DNA of 64,000 bases from Dicyema japonicum (taxonomy: Eukaryota; Animalia; Dicyemida), in NCBI GenBank assembly GCA_011109175.1, contig RDEW01000007.1, positions 1,192,295-1,256,294 on the forward strand, read 5' to 3'. This document shows, one piece after another, positions 1-10,547 of the stretch. A model generated the notes under the pieces. The model did not search any database, was not told the DNA's origin, and saw only the letters and a program-made list of their open reading frames with translations. Within the stretch, counting starts at the first letter, position 1; each line of letters opens with the position of its first letter. A program made the position numbers and the translations under genes.

Positions 1-836
1 ATAATGATCTTCTGTTGCACGCTAGTTTTCTTAGGAAGTCCAAGTCGTCCGCCGAAGTTAGTCTCATACCAACCGCCGATAGGTCTTCATTCAAGATAGT
101 CGGAAGTGTCGTTCTTGGCCTTCCGCGGAATCCGGCTCCTGTGTGTGCGAAGTAGTTGTCCATTGCGACCAGGCCAAAGAAGCTCCATCTTGATTTGAAA
201 ATATCATCTGACAGCACACCGGATTTGTATTTATTATAAAGGTTTGCATTAGAAATCTTCATAGACCAGTTGATCTTGATAACCGATTTGAGCTGAGTTC
301 TGTGGAGTCAAGACAGTCCATTTCCCGTTTAGAGATTCCCAAGTACCCAGAGTTGTAGGTTAGTACCGGGATGACAAAAGCTTTGTATATTCTAGTGAGA
401 GTAGAGTAAAATGCGTCCAGCTCTCTGATATTTTTAAGACTAATGCTCGGGTTTGGGCATAAACATTTATGATGGAAATGACAGTTGATTTTATTTCCGC
501 ATTTGATTTGCAGCACTGCGACATGGTCAGATGCTGCCACACTCTTTAACACATTGAATCAGATCTTGATGGGCTGCAAATCCGAGACCATAATTTCGGC
601 AGGCTGATGAGAGACTAAAAAAATGGAATTTGCCAAACAGTTCTGTACATTATACAGTCGTTTTTTGTATCTTGTAGACAGCAGACAGAGATGTTGTATT
701 TTGTTAGATTGTATGCCAGTTGGTTGTAAGGTTGTTTAATTCCTCTGCAATTAAAAGTTTCCATAGTGAACGGAGATGTCGGTAAGGAATACGAATAAGA
801 CATAGTGCAATAGAGACGTCGTCACCTCCTCAACCA
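1..836 (-). mobile_element. Degraded, internally deleted (bipartite) RTE-clade non-LTR element, same family as 23956-26979
   Basis: ORF 615-803 (MSYSYSLPTSPFTMETFNCRG...NISVCCLQDTK) matches the N-terminus of 23993. ORF 259-552 joins APE sequence (ELDAFYSTLT) directly to post-RT sequence (RIYKAFVIPVLTYNSG). GAGFRGRP is encoded near 120-140, and the 5'UTR GGTTGAGG(A/T)GGTGACG is shared. Confidence 0.85.
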
Positions 837-844
837 GAAAGATC

Positions 845-960
845 ACATTTCGCAGTGAAATGTTCACTGATGACGGCGTCACTCGTCAAGCCGTAGCATC
901 GAGATGCTTGGAACCTTCAACCGAAATGTACAGATTCGGACTAGGGACCTTCAGACCTCT
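845..960 (-). mobile_element. SINE family A fragment
   Basis: Core 'gttcactgatgacggcgtcactcgtcaagcc...gcatc..gatgc.tggaac' matches the full copy at 30601-30924. Confidence 0.7.
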
Positions 961-1199
961 TTCCCTGCATCCGTTACACTTCGCCAACTGGCGATACACT
1001 TTTCCGTCTCTTCCGTCTCACCAATGTGAGTTGACGATCGAGCCAGGAACCAGCTTTGGAAGTCTTGTCATATGTTCTCTAACAGATATATTACGTCCCA
1101 CATTCCTCTCCTCTCTATACTCCAGAAAACCGTTGGTCAAACGCAGAAAGGGGCAACATAAGATAATTTGAGTATACAAGCGGGCCACACTAACAAATC

Positions 1200-1520
1200 T
1201 GATTTGTCCTGAGGTGCCGCTTTTACATGACATTGTTCGTATATCTGAAATGTATTAGTTGTTCCTACCTTAATCATGGATGACAAGTGTTCATCAGTCA
1301 GCTCTGTTCTCTAAGAAGATTTTATGATTTTATGAAAGAAAACAACTGTCCACAACATAGAACCGAACATTGCCATAATCCTCATTGAAAACTTTATGAA
1401 GTTTGTAAACTTTTCAGGATGTCATGAATAAACGCCAGATATCCCCATTGAGGTATTTTGCCCTGAGTGTAGAGTCAGACTGCATTTCTAATAATCCATT
1501 GTCAGCGCAGTGTTCTTCCA
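1200..1520 (-). mobile_element. hAT (Charlie/GTF2IRD2-like) transposase C-terminal remnant
   Basis: Minus strand reads 'LQSDSTLRAK', 'IMAMFGS', 'KIIKSS*RTELTDEHLSSMIKV', typical of the hAT dimerisation region. Disrupted by stops and indels. Confidence 0.6.
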
Positions 1521-2014
1521 AACAAGTGGACGCACAGAATAAGTGACGTCATCGGATCCATCTAACTCAGGAGACGCCACATGTCTTGTCGGCATTCAAA
1601 AGAATCTATTTTTCATTACCTGTAGACTATTTCGACGAGTTCTGAATTGTACGTCAGCCATTGTCCTCTGGATCAACTGTGCTTGAATGAGGTGTCTTCT
1701 GGAACGTGTCAGGATCACAAGATTAGTTAGCTTGGTTTTACTTTCACCACATTATTTTAAATTTTCTCTCGTGTCAGCCTATAATCAATCATGGGGGCTT
1801 TCAATGATTGAACTACACTTTCTCCCTTTCTTGATTATATGTCCGCATTAACAACTGAAAATATTAGATGCTTTTGATGAAATCCAAAAAAGGAGGTAAC
1901 TTGGATGTAAAAACTGGTGGAAGAATAGTAATGAGTGAGCACAAGCGAACCCTAAATATAAAAAAAAAAAAACCAGGTGTTTAACTTAGTCAATCAAGAC
2001 ACATTTAAAAATTA

Positions 2015-2165
2015 AATTTTATTAAGGAAATAAAAGAGAGTAAACGATTATATAGCGGCTGTCCTGACTGCATGGCTATTCCCTTTCAGGATAGCGAGCG
2101 AGATTCGCTTAAATAACCAGCAGCACTCACGAGGGTCTCCTGTTCGTGTAGCGATCGATTCCCTA
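2015..2165 (-). mobile_element. Short 5'-truncated CRE-like non-LTR element (3' end only)
   Basis: Minus frame IATRTGDPRECCWLFKRISLAILKGNSHAV* is homologous to TGDLRETRWLKERLSLAVVRGNS at the end of ORF 37257-38120. Confidence 0.65.
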
Positions 2166-3633
2166 AACGAGACACAATTGTAAACAAAGATTGATAAGTT
2201 TCATTAATGTCTTATTTTTATTGGAAAACAGAAATAATCGATAATCCAGAATTCTTATATTAATTGAAATTCATTAAATTGATTATATTTGCTATAAATC
2301 AAACTGAATTCACTAATAAAGGTGAACGACCTCTGTGAACGTTTAAACTCAGGACGTATTGTCGCCATCATCTCTTTATCAAAGTCTTCCATCAAGCTGT
2401 GATTTTAATTGGCCAATTAACCTCACTTTTCAATAAATTTGTCAATTACGAGGTCAAGTGTTCGATAAAATGTTAGTATTCTAAAACTGTAGGAATATCT
2501 AAACTAATCCTCTACTAAATAATCCCGTATTTTTATAGATCTAATAAAACTGTATTTACATGACTGGCTACGTATGTGGTCCTATTAATAATATTATATT
2601 AATTTAACAGATTATTGAGCCAAATCAATCAGAATTGTCAAATAAAAAGTTTAAAACTTTAAAATAATTTATTTAACTGAAATTAATTAAGTCAATTCTT
2701 ATGAAGGTATCCATTATAGCCTACAGCCATTGAACACGCAAGTTACCTCTCATTATTGAGAGCCGAGTATTCTGGAAGAGCCATCGTATCATTATAGGCT
2801 CCCCTTTCCGCAGTCCTCTTAACCTGATAAACTCAGACGTGCTAATAAAATCTTTTAAAAGTTTAAATTATATTTACAATGTTTGAGAATTTGTTATTAT
2901 TTTTTTCCAACAAATGTATTATTTTTGTGAACAATGAATAGTCAGTCAGGTTGAGGTGGTGACATACCTCAATTACGTCTACATAAATTCATGATGGATG
3001 AAAGACCGTGCCTTCCTTCTCGTAAGCATATACGCTTGAAACATTGGAAAAAACTATGTTCTGAACAAAACAAGTATGGAATCCATGTAGGATCAGGGTT
3101 CAAATTGAAATAACTTGGGGGATCATCAAACTTTAAGATGATGCTAATAAAAATGAGAACAAAAGTCAAAGCAGACTTAAGTTGATCTCATTGATACTCT
3201 GATTAAGCAGTCTGTTAGCCCTCATGGTCAAATTTCATGTTTAATAAGCAGTTTGTATAAATTCAGCATAAAGGACATTTATTTTAATTAAACCTGAACA
3301 GACATGCAGGCAATAAAAGAAATAATCAATAAAGCCATCTTCAAGCACTGAAACCTTGGTTTCTTGAGTCAAGTCTATTGGTATTAGTCTTTATTTTTAT
3401 AGAACTTTTTAATAAGTCTTATGCGGTCATCCAACATTTGCAAACCACAAATTCAATAAAAATCACGGAGCTCCCACGTGATCAATCAACACTGGGAATC
3501 CGCAAACCCACTAAACAAGTCTTAAGTGAGGTCAACATTTGATAGTACAAACACACTAAAACAGCTCCCACGTGCATAATTAAAAAGACAACTAGAACAA
3601 TACACAAAGTATGCAAAGACTGAAAGGAAAATC

Positions 3634-4720
3634 AATGAAAGTTAGTTTCTGATATTTTCTTAACTCTGTCATTGCCTACATCGTTCATTGTTGAAGACCT
3701 CCTCTTTTGAACTTTCACATCATCATCTCAAATTACACAATCTGTCAAAAATAACATCATACAATACGATTCCAAATTGTCCTCAGAATTCACCTGCATG
3801 TCCCCTACTCGCTTAATTACAGATATAATCGTGTCGTTTAATGAAGGATCTTTCACATCCTGAGGATTCTGGGGGACCGTACTGCTCACTTCCTCAGCTT
3901 CCTTCTCAATCACTTTCCCAGTTTCAGGTGGAGGGAGATCAGTAGACTGGGACTGGATAAAATTGAAGTCATTAAATCCATTATTTATAATGGGCTGGTG
4001 GAAATTAAGAAACTGATTTCCGTTGACAAAATAACTCTACAACGTTATCACGTGTCAAACCTGTTGATTTATAGAATTTGCGTTGTTAAAATTGCCTGTC
4101 GATGGGAAAGTTCTACATGTGGTACAAAACTGACCTATTCATGTACTCAAAGTACGTCTCATTTGGCAAGAAAATTGGATTTTGCATGAACATCAATTGG
4201 TTAAAAATTCTCGGATTCATAAGGATGTGATGATACCAATGCATCCAAAATTGGCTACAAACTACTATAAAACATAGAAATACGTTGATCAGAGTAAATG
4301 GGCATCCCAATGTTATTTGGGCATGTGGGTTGGACAGAAGGAATAGGTCTCTCCTCTTGGATCTTTCTCTGCTCTTCCAGATATTGTTGTTCTGGAATTA
4401 CAATTTGTAGAACCTAACAAGTCATTCTCCACGGTTTTGTGCATAACATCTCTTATTTTAACGTTAAAAACGAGAGAGCTTTCGTCTAATCCATTTTTCA
4501 TGCTTTTAACGAATAACTCAAGTCTACGTTGGCAGCCTAGACAACATTTTTCAGCATCAGTCGGGATTTCAAAGTACTTATAAATTTTGTCCTTTTCCTC
4601 TTCGGAACAGATTTCTACGAGGGATGTGAATTCTGAAATCTTCTCCCCAGTGTGATTATGAGAACAGGTTTTGATTTCGCATTTTGGCTCCTCTTTGGAC
4701 TGATTATTCGATTTCATGTG
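3634..4720 (-). CDS. Probable host gene of unknown function with an N-terminal Cys-rich (putative Zn-binding) motif; tiny introns
   Basis: Stacked minus ORFs (4313-4738, 4113-4310, 3728-3913) are linked by GT-AG micro-introns at 4255-4283, 4037-4060 and 3742-3762. AT-rich upstream region; motif CEIKTC...FEIPTDAEKCCLGCQRRL. One or two indels are needed to make it contiguous. Confidence 0.45.
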
Positions 4721-5629
4721 AATAGTACCCAACGTCAAGACCGCACTTTTAATTTATCATTTTTTATTTAATAATTGGCGTTTACCTTTTAAAAATTAAA
4801 AAATTAATTTAAATAAAAATTAACTAATTATACTTATAAGATGATATAATTATTTATTTAATTCAATATTTTATTGTTACCCTCTAATAGACATAATTGA
4901 AATTGATTATTGAAGAAGTCTAGTATGATCAATAATTTAGAGAACACTAAAACACGCTTGGTTTATTATCCTTATTATTATAACTTTTCAATTTTAGCTT
5001 AGTTTCCGGATAGCCACGTGGTTGACGCAGTGACGTACTTTTACTGCACGAACTACTTACCTTCATGATGGATGCTAGGACTCGACTTTTACTTAATTTC
5101 ATCAAATTTTTGTATTTCCAATGAGTAAGGAAAATGTCATCAGTGTCCTTGAATATGTTTGTTACGTGGTTTCCGTCTACCTTTAATCCCTTATCTTAGC
5201 CAATCTTTGAGACATTTTAGCATTATTGAATTTTAAATAATGATTGGTTGACAGTCAAGGATATCTGTAATCATCAAATATTACGAAATGTAGTCTTGGA
5301 TGGAAAGGTATAGTACACTGACTGTTCTCATCTCCCTAACATTTTGTTCCCCTAATGGAAGAAACATCAAAAACCACAAATTATCATTTGAGTTCAAACC
5401 AATTTAATTGGAAGAACTAGTCATTATATTCTCGAATGTTCTAATAAATCCAATGACGTGAGTATTTATAGACTTACAAATCATGATGAATTATTACAGC
5501 TGATTTATTACAAATTAATCGATTTATATTTAATTTATCAATTTGATTATCAAGATTACCCCTGAATTATATACTCTCCCTTTTCGACATATTTATAGGA
5601 TAATTTTATATCCTTAAAGGTGGTGAAAA

Positions 5630-5960
5630 CCGCGTGGCGCCATGTGGTGCTGCGTGGTTAATTGGTTGAAGTTTTCTGCTAGCTTGTCTCTTCCTCTTCT
5701 CTCTTCCTATTAGAGTGGCGTCATGTGATCCACCTGTCTAGGTGACGCCCAGTGCCAGCCCGGCACGAAAAAGGATCATTTGCTCTCCCCCACTCCACTG
5801 GAGGGGTTCCCACAACTGCATGTAATGGACGTCTTACCTTTTATGCTGATTCCGGATGGACTCTGTTTCTGTAGAAGTGGAAACTGGATACACTTAATTA
5901 GTTGTTTACTTTAACTTCTTTCTCGGTGCATCCGGGGTTAATAAATTAAAAAATTAAAAA
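5630..5960 (+). mobile_element. SINE family B (degenerate tRNA-like head + Ingi-derived body + A-rich tail)
   Basis: Repeated in reverse at 18412-18828, 10178-10367 and 62048-62126. Ends GGGGTTAATAAATTAAAAAATTAAAAA. Body is homologous to the 5' end of the Ingi-like LINE at 10377. Confidence 0.75.
5716..5779 (+). ncRNA. Putative HDV-like self-cleaving ribozyme (in SINE-B)
   Basis: P1 GGCGTC 5717-22/GACGCC 5744-49; P2 GTGATCC 5725-31/GGATCAT 5773-79; P3 ACC/GGT with loop TGTCTA; P4 (G)TGCC/GGCA; candidate catalytic C5766 in CGAA. Covaries with the copy at 10377. Confidence 0.6.
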
Positions 5961-7529
5961 TTTACCAACAGTAGAGGACAAATATTCATTGTCACTATCC
6001 TATGCAGGTGATGTATTCTGCACACCACTTCACAAAATCAACTCCTTTATCGAACAACTATTCTCACTGTCAACTTGTGAAGATTGCAGAAGGAATAAAA
6101 GACATACCTCGCATCATCCATTTTACTTACGTTGGTAGAAAAGAGTGTTGTTTACACCGTGACGGGCCAATTTACCCGGATGTCCAGGGAGGGAGAATTC
6201 TGATTGATCGATTGGAGGAGGGGACATGTGTTGTATTACTAGTTTTCGGAGGGGTATTGTGTAAACAAAATCGTGTATGTCAAATTAATTTTTCTGATCG
6301 CAATGTTTTTGATTTTTTGTAGTTTGTTGATAGAATTGATCAAATGATGATGGTAGAAATGATATCTGCGATTGCATTAAAGCCAAGTTGCCGATAAATT
6401 CGTCCATCTCTTTGACTGGAGAGATTTTCAACATTAATGGTACTTTTTACAAAATGTTTTCCACGAGGAAATATATTATCCATAAAAAGCTGTTCTTAAT
6501 ATCATAAATAGAATAGTTGTTCGGAGTTGATTTTGTGAAGTGGTGTGCAGAATACATCACCTGCATGGATAGTGACAATGAATATTTGTCCTCTACTGTT
6601 GGTAAATTTTTATTTTTTTAAATTATCCTATAAAATTATCCTATAAACATCTTTTTGAGTGAACTTGTATGTTTACAATGCCAAAGTTGACCGATCTATG
6701 GAAGCGACCTGCATTAACTATATCCTACTTAGTAGCTGCTGGTCTCTTAAAAGTTATCGTGGCCGGTGTATTGAGTCGTCAATCGTTTTTATACTTACAA
6801 AGTTACAACCCTTAGATGTGTGAGGATGTAAATGCGATTATGACCATTTCTGACAAGTGGTTCCTGAGTTCGAGAACCTTCACGTGGATCAAGGTTGTGG
6901 TTTAAAGTCATCAGTAGATTTTCAACCAAGTCAGGTGAAAAGACATATACAGGATCCGTCCAAAAGGGGAATCTTATGGAATAATCAATGATTCTATTAA
7001 CAGAAATACATAACCACATGACGCACTTATAGACATAACCATATGATTGGAATAAAATAAATGAAATTATTCCATGACCAACAGTAAATCAAACTAATCT
7101 CCTGTTCCTGACCTGTTCCATTAAAACCCTCATCTATGCACGGGTATCCAAAGAACATTTTCAGTGAAACTGAGGTCGAAGCGAGAACTCGTCGCAAGGG
7201 ACGAAATGGTCTTTTGGTCGAATAAAGAGATGGACACTTTTTGAATGAACATTTGGCGTCTCCTGAGATAGGTAGATTCGATGACGCCACTAGAAAAAAA
7301 AGAAATCTTGAATCAAGTAGCAGATGGCATCACAGTATGGGAATTACTATTATTATTAACCCCAGTTGTTGTGAAGCATGTTTGTTTCTCAGAATGAGTT
7401 AGAAACATTGTCAGAGTACCTATCTACGAATGGATATGAAAGAGAAATCAACACTAACGTAGACATGGTGGTCCATGGATATGACTTCTATCACGTCACT
7501 ACGGGCGATGGCTGAATTGGTTGACCGAG

Positions 7530-9860
7530 ATGACAAAGCTGAATGGATCGCACAAGTTGTGGAACTGCCAAGTCGAGATTTGGAAGGATGCCTCGGGGTG
7601 GGTGGCCGTTAATTGCAGATATCTTCAAAATTCGGTTCGGTACCACCAAATCTTTGGCAAACGTAAAATTACTTCTCAAAACTCATGTAAAGAATACTAC
7701 GTGTCACCAAGAAGGAAATCGGTTGAGCGTCGAGAAGTCGGAGATTGCCTGTTTCACTAAGTGCTTGGAAGAGTTTTCATGCCAGATTCAAGAGATCAAG
7801 TCGATTTCCCGCGATAAACGAAAACCAACCAGGAAAATTCCTTATCGGTTTCTCAAAAAGGATATATTATCCGGATTGAATTATGCTGTGGGATACTATA
7901 TCAATGATATGCCCACGAATACAATGGATAATATTACAGATATTCTTTATGCAACACAATGCTCATATGAAACATTTACTACTGCTGTTCACAAGGAGAG
8001 CAACTGGCTACAATCAATAAATAGGCGACTTACAAAACTAAAGAATCACGCTGAGAAAATCAGCGCACTAGTTGGGTCATCGGGAAGTCAGAAGTATGAT
8101 GATTCGACGAGAGAAGCTTTGTGTGCTTATGCATACAAGAAGTAAAAAAACAGATCTTGAAAGAGTGTTGTGTACAAACAATGAAGAGACAAGAATCGTT
8201 GAAAAAAAGATTAGGATGCACAAGTCCAGACAGGAATTTCGAAGAGACAATTTATGCTTTTAGCTTAATAGAAGGCGCTTTTATAGGAAAATGAGAGAGG
8301 AAGGCCGCTGTTCTGTGTACAATTTTGAGATCGAGGAATGTTCAGCTTTTTGGAAAACCATGTGGAAGGAAAAGGATAAGAAGGATGTGGATTCTCTATA
8401 TCCAAATGGATTACTAGGGAAGAGGAGACATATGCTGAGTTCTCGAAAGGATTGCTGGGAATAATCAAACTATTGCCAAAGTGGAGAGCGTGCGGGTGTG
8501 ATGGGATCTACAATTTCTTTATTAAGAAGATTACGATAAAAGAAAAATCGACTCCTGAAGCATGGTTTTTCACTGGTGTCACTTACCTTATCCCGAAGAA
8601 AGAGGTTTGTGACTCTCCGAAGGACCTTATCCAATCACGTGCATGTCTAACCTCTATAAATTGACAACAAAGTGGGTGAATAACAAGCTGAGCAAATATA
8701 TTGAAGCACTCGATCTAATCAGTGATAACCAGTTAGGAACTCGTAGAATGTGCCAGGGCGCAAAGAAACAATCCTTGGTCAACCAATGCATTAACAACCA
8801 GTCGGCCAATTGGTCGGATTCACTGTAAACTTGCAAATAAAGAAAGATTGTATTTACAGAGAGATTTTCTTGGGAGAGATTGACTTCTGTTGTATGTAAA
8901 AGTGAAAGAATACTTCTCCATTTTTACAACGACCTGCAACACAAGTCCAACAATTGTTTGAAGAGAGCAGAAATCCTAAGGGTCTTGAACGCAAAGAAAA
9001 ATCATATGGCCACAATCGTAGGATTTCTAGCTGGAAAAAACCGCTTAGAGACAAGGGACTTAAATCTAAAGCAACTAAAAGATGTACAACAAAAGGAGCT
9101 ATTAGAAAAAATAAAAAAAAACCTATGCATGCTATGATGTTCGATTCAACAGAAGATCAGAATGTTGATATCAAACAATCTAGCCAATCGTTAATCGCCG
9201 GGAACAACTCCCCAAGGACCGAGGGAATGCCATGCTATGTCTAGGATCGAATTGTTTTCTTTAAGGAAAATGGCGCAAAATGCAGCCATTGCAATTCAGC
9301 GAAAAAAACAGTGGATCATCTGGCGACAAGGTGTGGAAGAATGCTCAATAGTGACTACCTACGTCGTCATAATGAGGTCGTCAGGTGCATACACTTATAC
9401 CTGTGCAGCAGTATGGAATAAAGAAATCGAAAAGACTAAATACTCATTCAGTGCAATCAACGGTTGTAACTGAATTTGTGGAAATTCGCGTTGATACAAC
9501 AATAGCTACTGATACGAGAATAGAGCATAACAAGCCAGATATTTTCGTGTATGACAAAATCAAGAACATAATAACGCTAATAGAAGTGAGAATAACCTCC
9601 CAGGATTCTTTGAAACATGTCGAAGTAGAGAAAGGCCGCAAGTACTATCTTCTCGCAAGTGAGCTGGGGATAATACACAAAGCCAAAGTACACGTGGTCC
9701 CTGTAGTCCTTACTTGATGGAGTCGTGAGCAAATATTATAAACACCATTTAAGCCATCTAAAATTGAATGCTTTGTAGGAGCCTACATGCAGACGGTAAC
9801 GATCAAAAAACGATGGAAAGCGTTTTGGGCGGTCACGATTGCATGTCGGAGTACTTGTCG
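7530..9860 (+). mobile_element. Degraded R4/Dong-like (RLE) non-LTR retrotransposon, RT core partly deleted
   Basis: RT pieces (WRACGCDGIYNFFIK, NLYKLTTK, NQLGTRRMCQGAK), a CCHC finger (CSHC...TVDHLATRC), RRHNEVVRCIH, and restriction-like endonuclease motifs KPDIFVYDK / LIEVRIT / EKGRKY. Confidence 0.8.
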
Positions 9861-9904
9861 AAATGAAAATAGAATTTGATGTTAACTAACTATTAACTAT
9901 TTTT

Positions 9905-10170
9905 GTTTGTTACAAATAAACTACTTATTAACCCTGTACTTACAATTGTAAGCCCAGCACAAACAGTCATAACTAATTAATCCAAGAAAGGAACCAAAGG
10001 GAGAACATCGACCAATTCCATTTTCCAATACTTCATTACAGACTTCCGCTTGGTGGAGAATTAGGTCCGCCCTCTTCCATTTCGTTGCAAATCTTACTTT
10101 AGCGGACATCACTTCATTCTTCGGAGGAATAGTTTTCATAATGTAATCTTCACCAGAGGATTTGGTCAGG
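9905..10170 (-). mobile_element. 3' remnant of a non-LTR family (related copy at 19600-19750)
   Basis: Shares 'accaaatcc.ctggtgaa.att..attatgaaaa.t.ttcc.cc.aagaatgaagtgatgtc.gc' with 19675-19745. Ends GGGTTAATAA. Confidence 0.5.
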
Positions 10171-10177
10171 GAGAAGG

Positions 10178-10367
10178 TAAGTTAAAGTAAACAATTAGTT
10201 AAGTGTATCCAGTTTCCACTTCTACAAAAACAGAGTCCATTGGAATCAACAAAAAGGGTAAAGACAACCTATTACTTACAGTGTGGAAACCCCTCCAGAG
10301 GAGTTAGGGGAAGCAAATGATTGTTTTTTGTGCCAGCCTGACACTGGGCGCCACCTAGACAAGTGGA
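10178..10367 (-). mobile_element. SINE-B copy, truncated inside the ribozyme fold
   Basis: Reverse-complement homology to about 5730-5920. Confidence 0.75.
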
Positions 10368-10376
10368 ATTTTAGCC

Positions 10377-10442
10377 TGGCGTCATGCGGTTCACCTGTTG
10401 TTGTGGTGGCGCTCAGTGCAAGTTCGCATGGAAGAGAACCGT
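10377..10442 (+). ncRNA. Putative HDV-like ribozyme at the Ingi 5' end (probably inactivated)
   Basis: P1 GGCGTC/GGCGCT; P2 GCGGTTC 10386-92/GAACCGT 10436-42; P3 ACC/GGT; P4 GTGC/GCAT. The CGAA position reads TGGA. Confidence 0.55.
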
Positions 10443-10499
10443 TCGACTTTCCTTACCTTTCTGCGATTTTCAGAAGGGTGGCTTACCAACTCCCCCGTT

Positions 10500-10547
10500 T
10501 TCTCTTTACTACTTCTGTCTGGTGATGTAGAACCTTATCCGAGACCC
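10500..10547 (+). other. Decayed 2A-like (StopGo) peptide LLLLSGDVEP[Y]P[R]P
   Basis: Two single substitutions (TAT>AAT, AGA>GGA) restore the canonical D(V/I)ExNPGP. It lies immediately N-terminal to APE. Confidence 0.75.

Larger units (their letters stand above)
5590..6650. mobile_element. Foldback/MITE-like element with ~120-bp inverted repeats; left arm interrupted by a SINE-B insertion
   Basis: 5950-6064 is the near-perfect reverse complement of 6511-6620. 'ttataggataattt' (5593-5606) pairs with 'aaattatcctataa' (two copies in 6620-6646) beyond the inserted SINE. Confidence 0.75.

Noticed and set aside
860-915. Hammerhead ribozyme (CTGATGA core) in SINE-A
   Set aside because: CTGATGA is on the antisense strand, no GAAA follows stem II, and the upstream GAAA is too close to form stems I and III.
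2969-3345. Possible small secreted-protein gene (MALLIISFIACMS...)
   Set aside because: No convincing splice model or homology.
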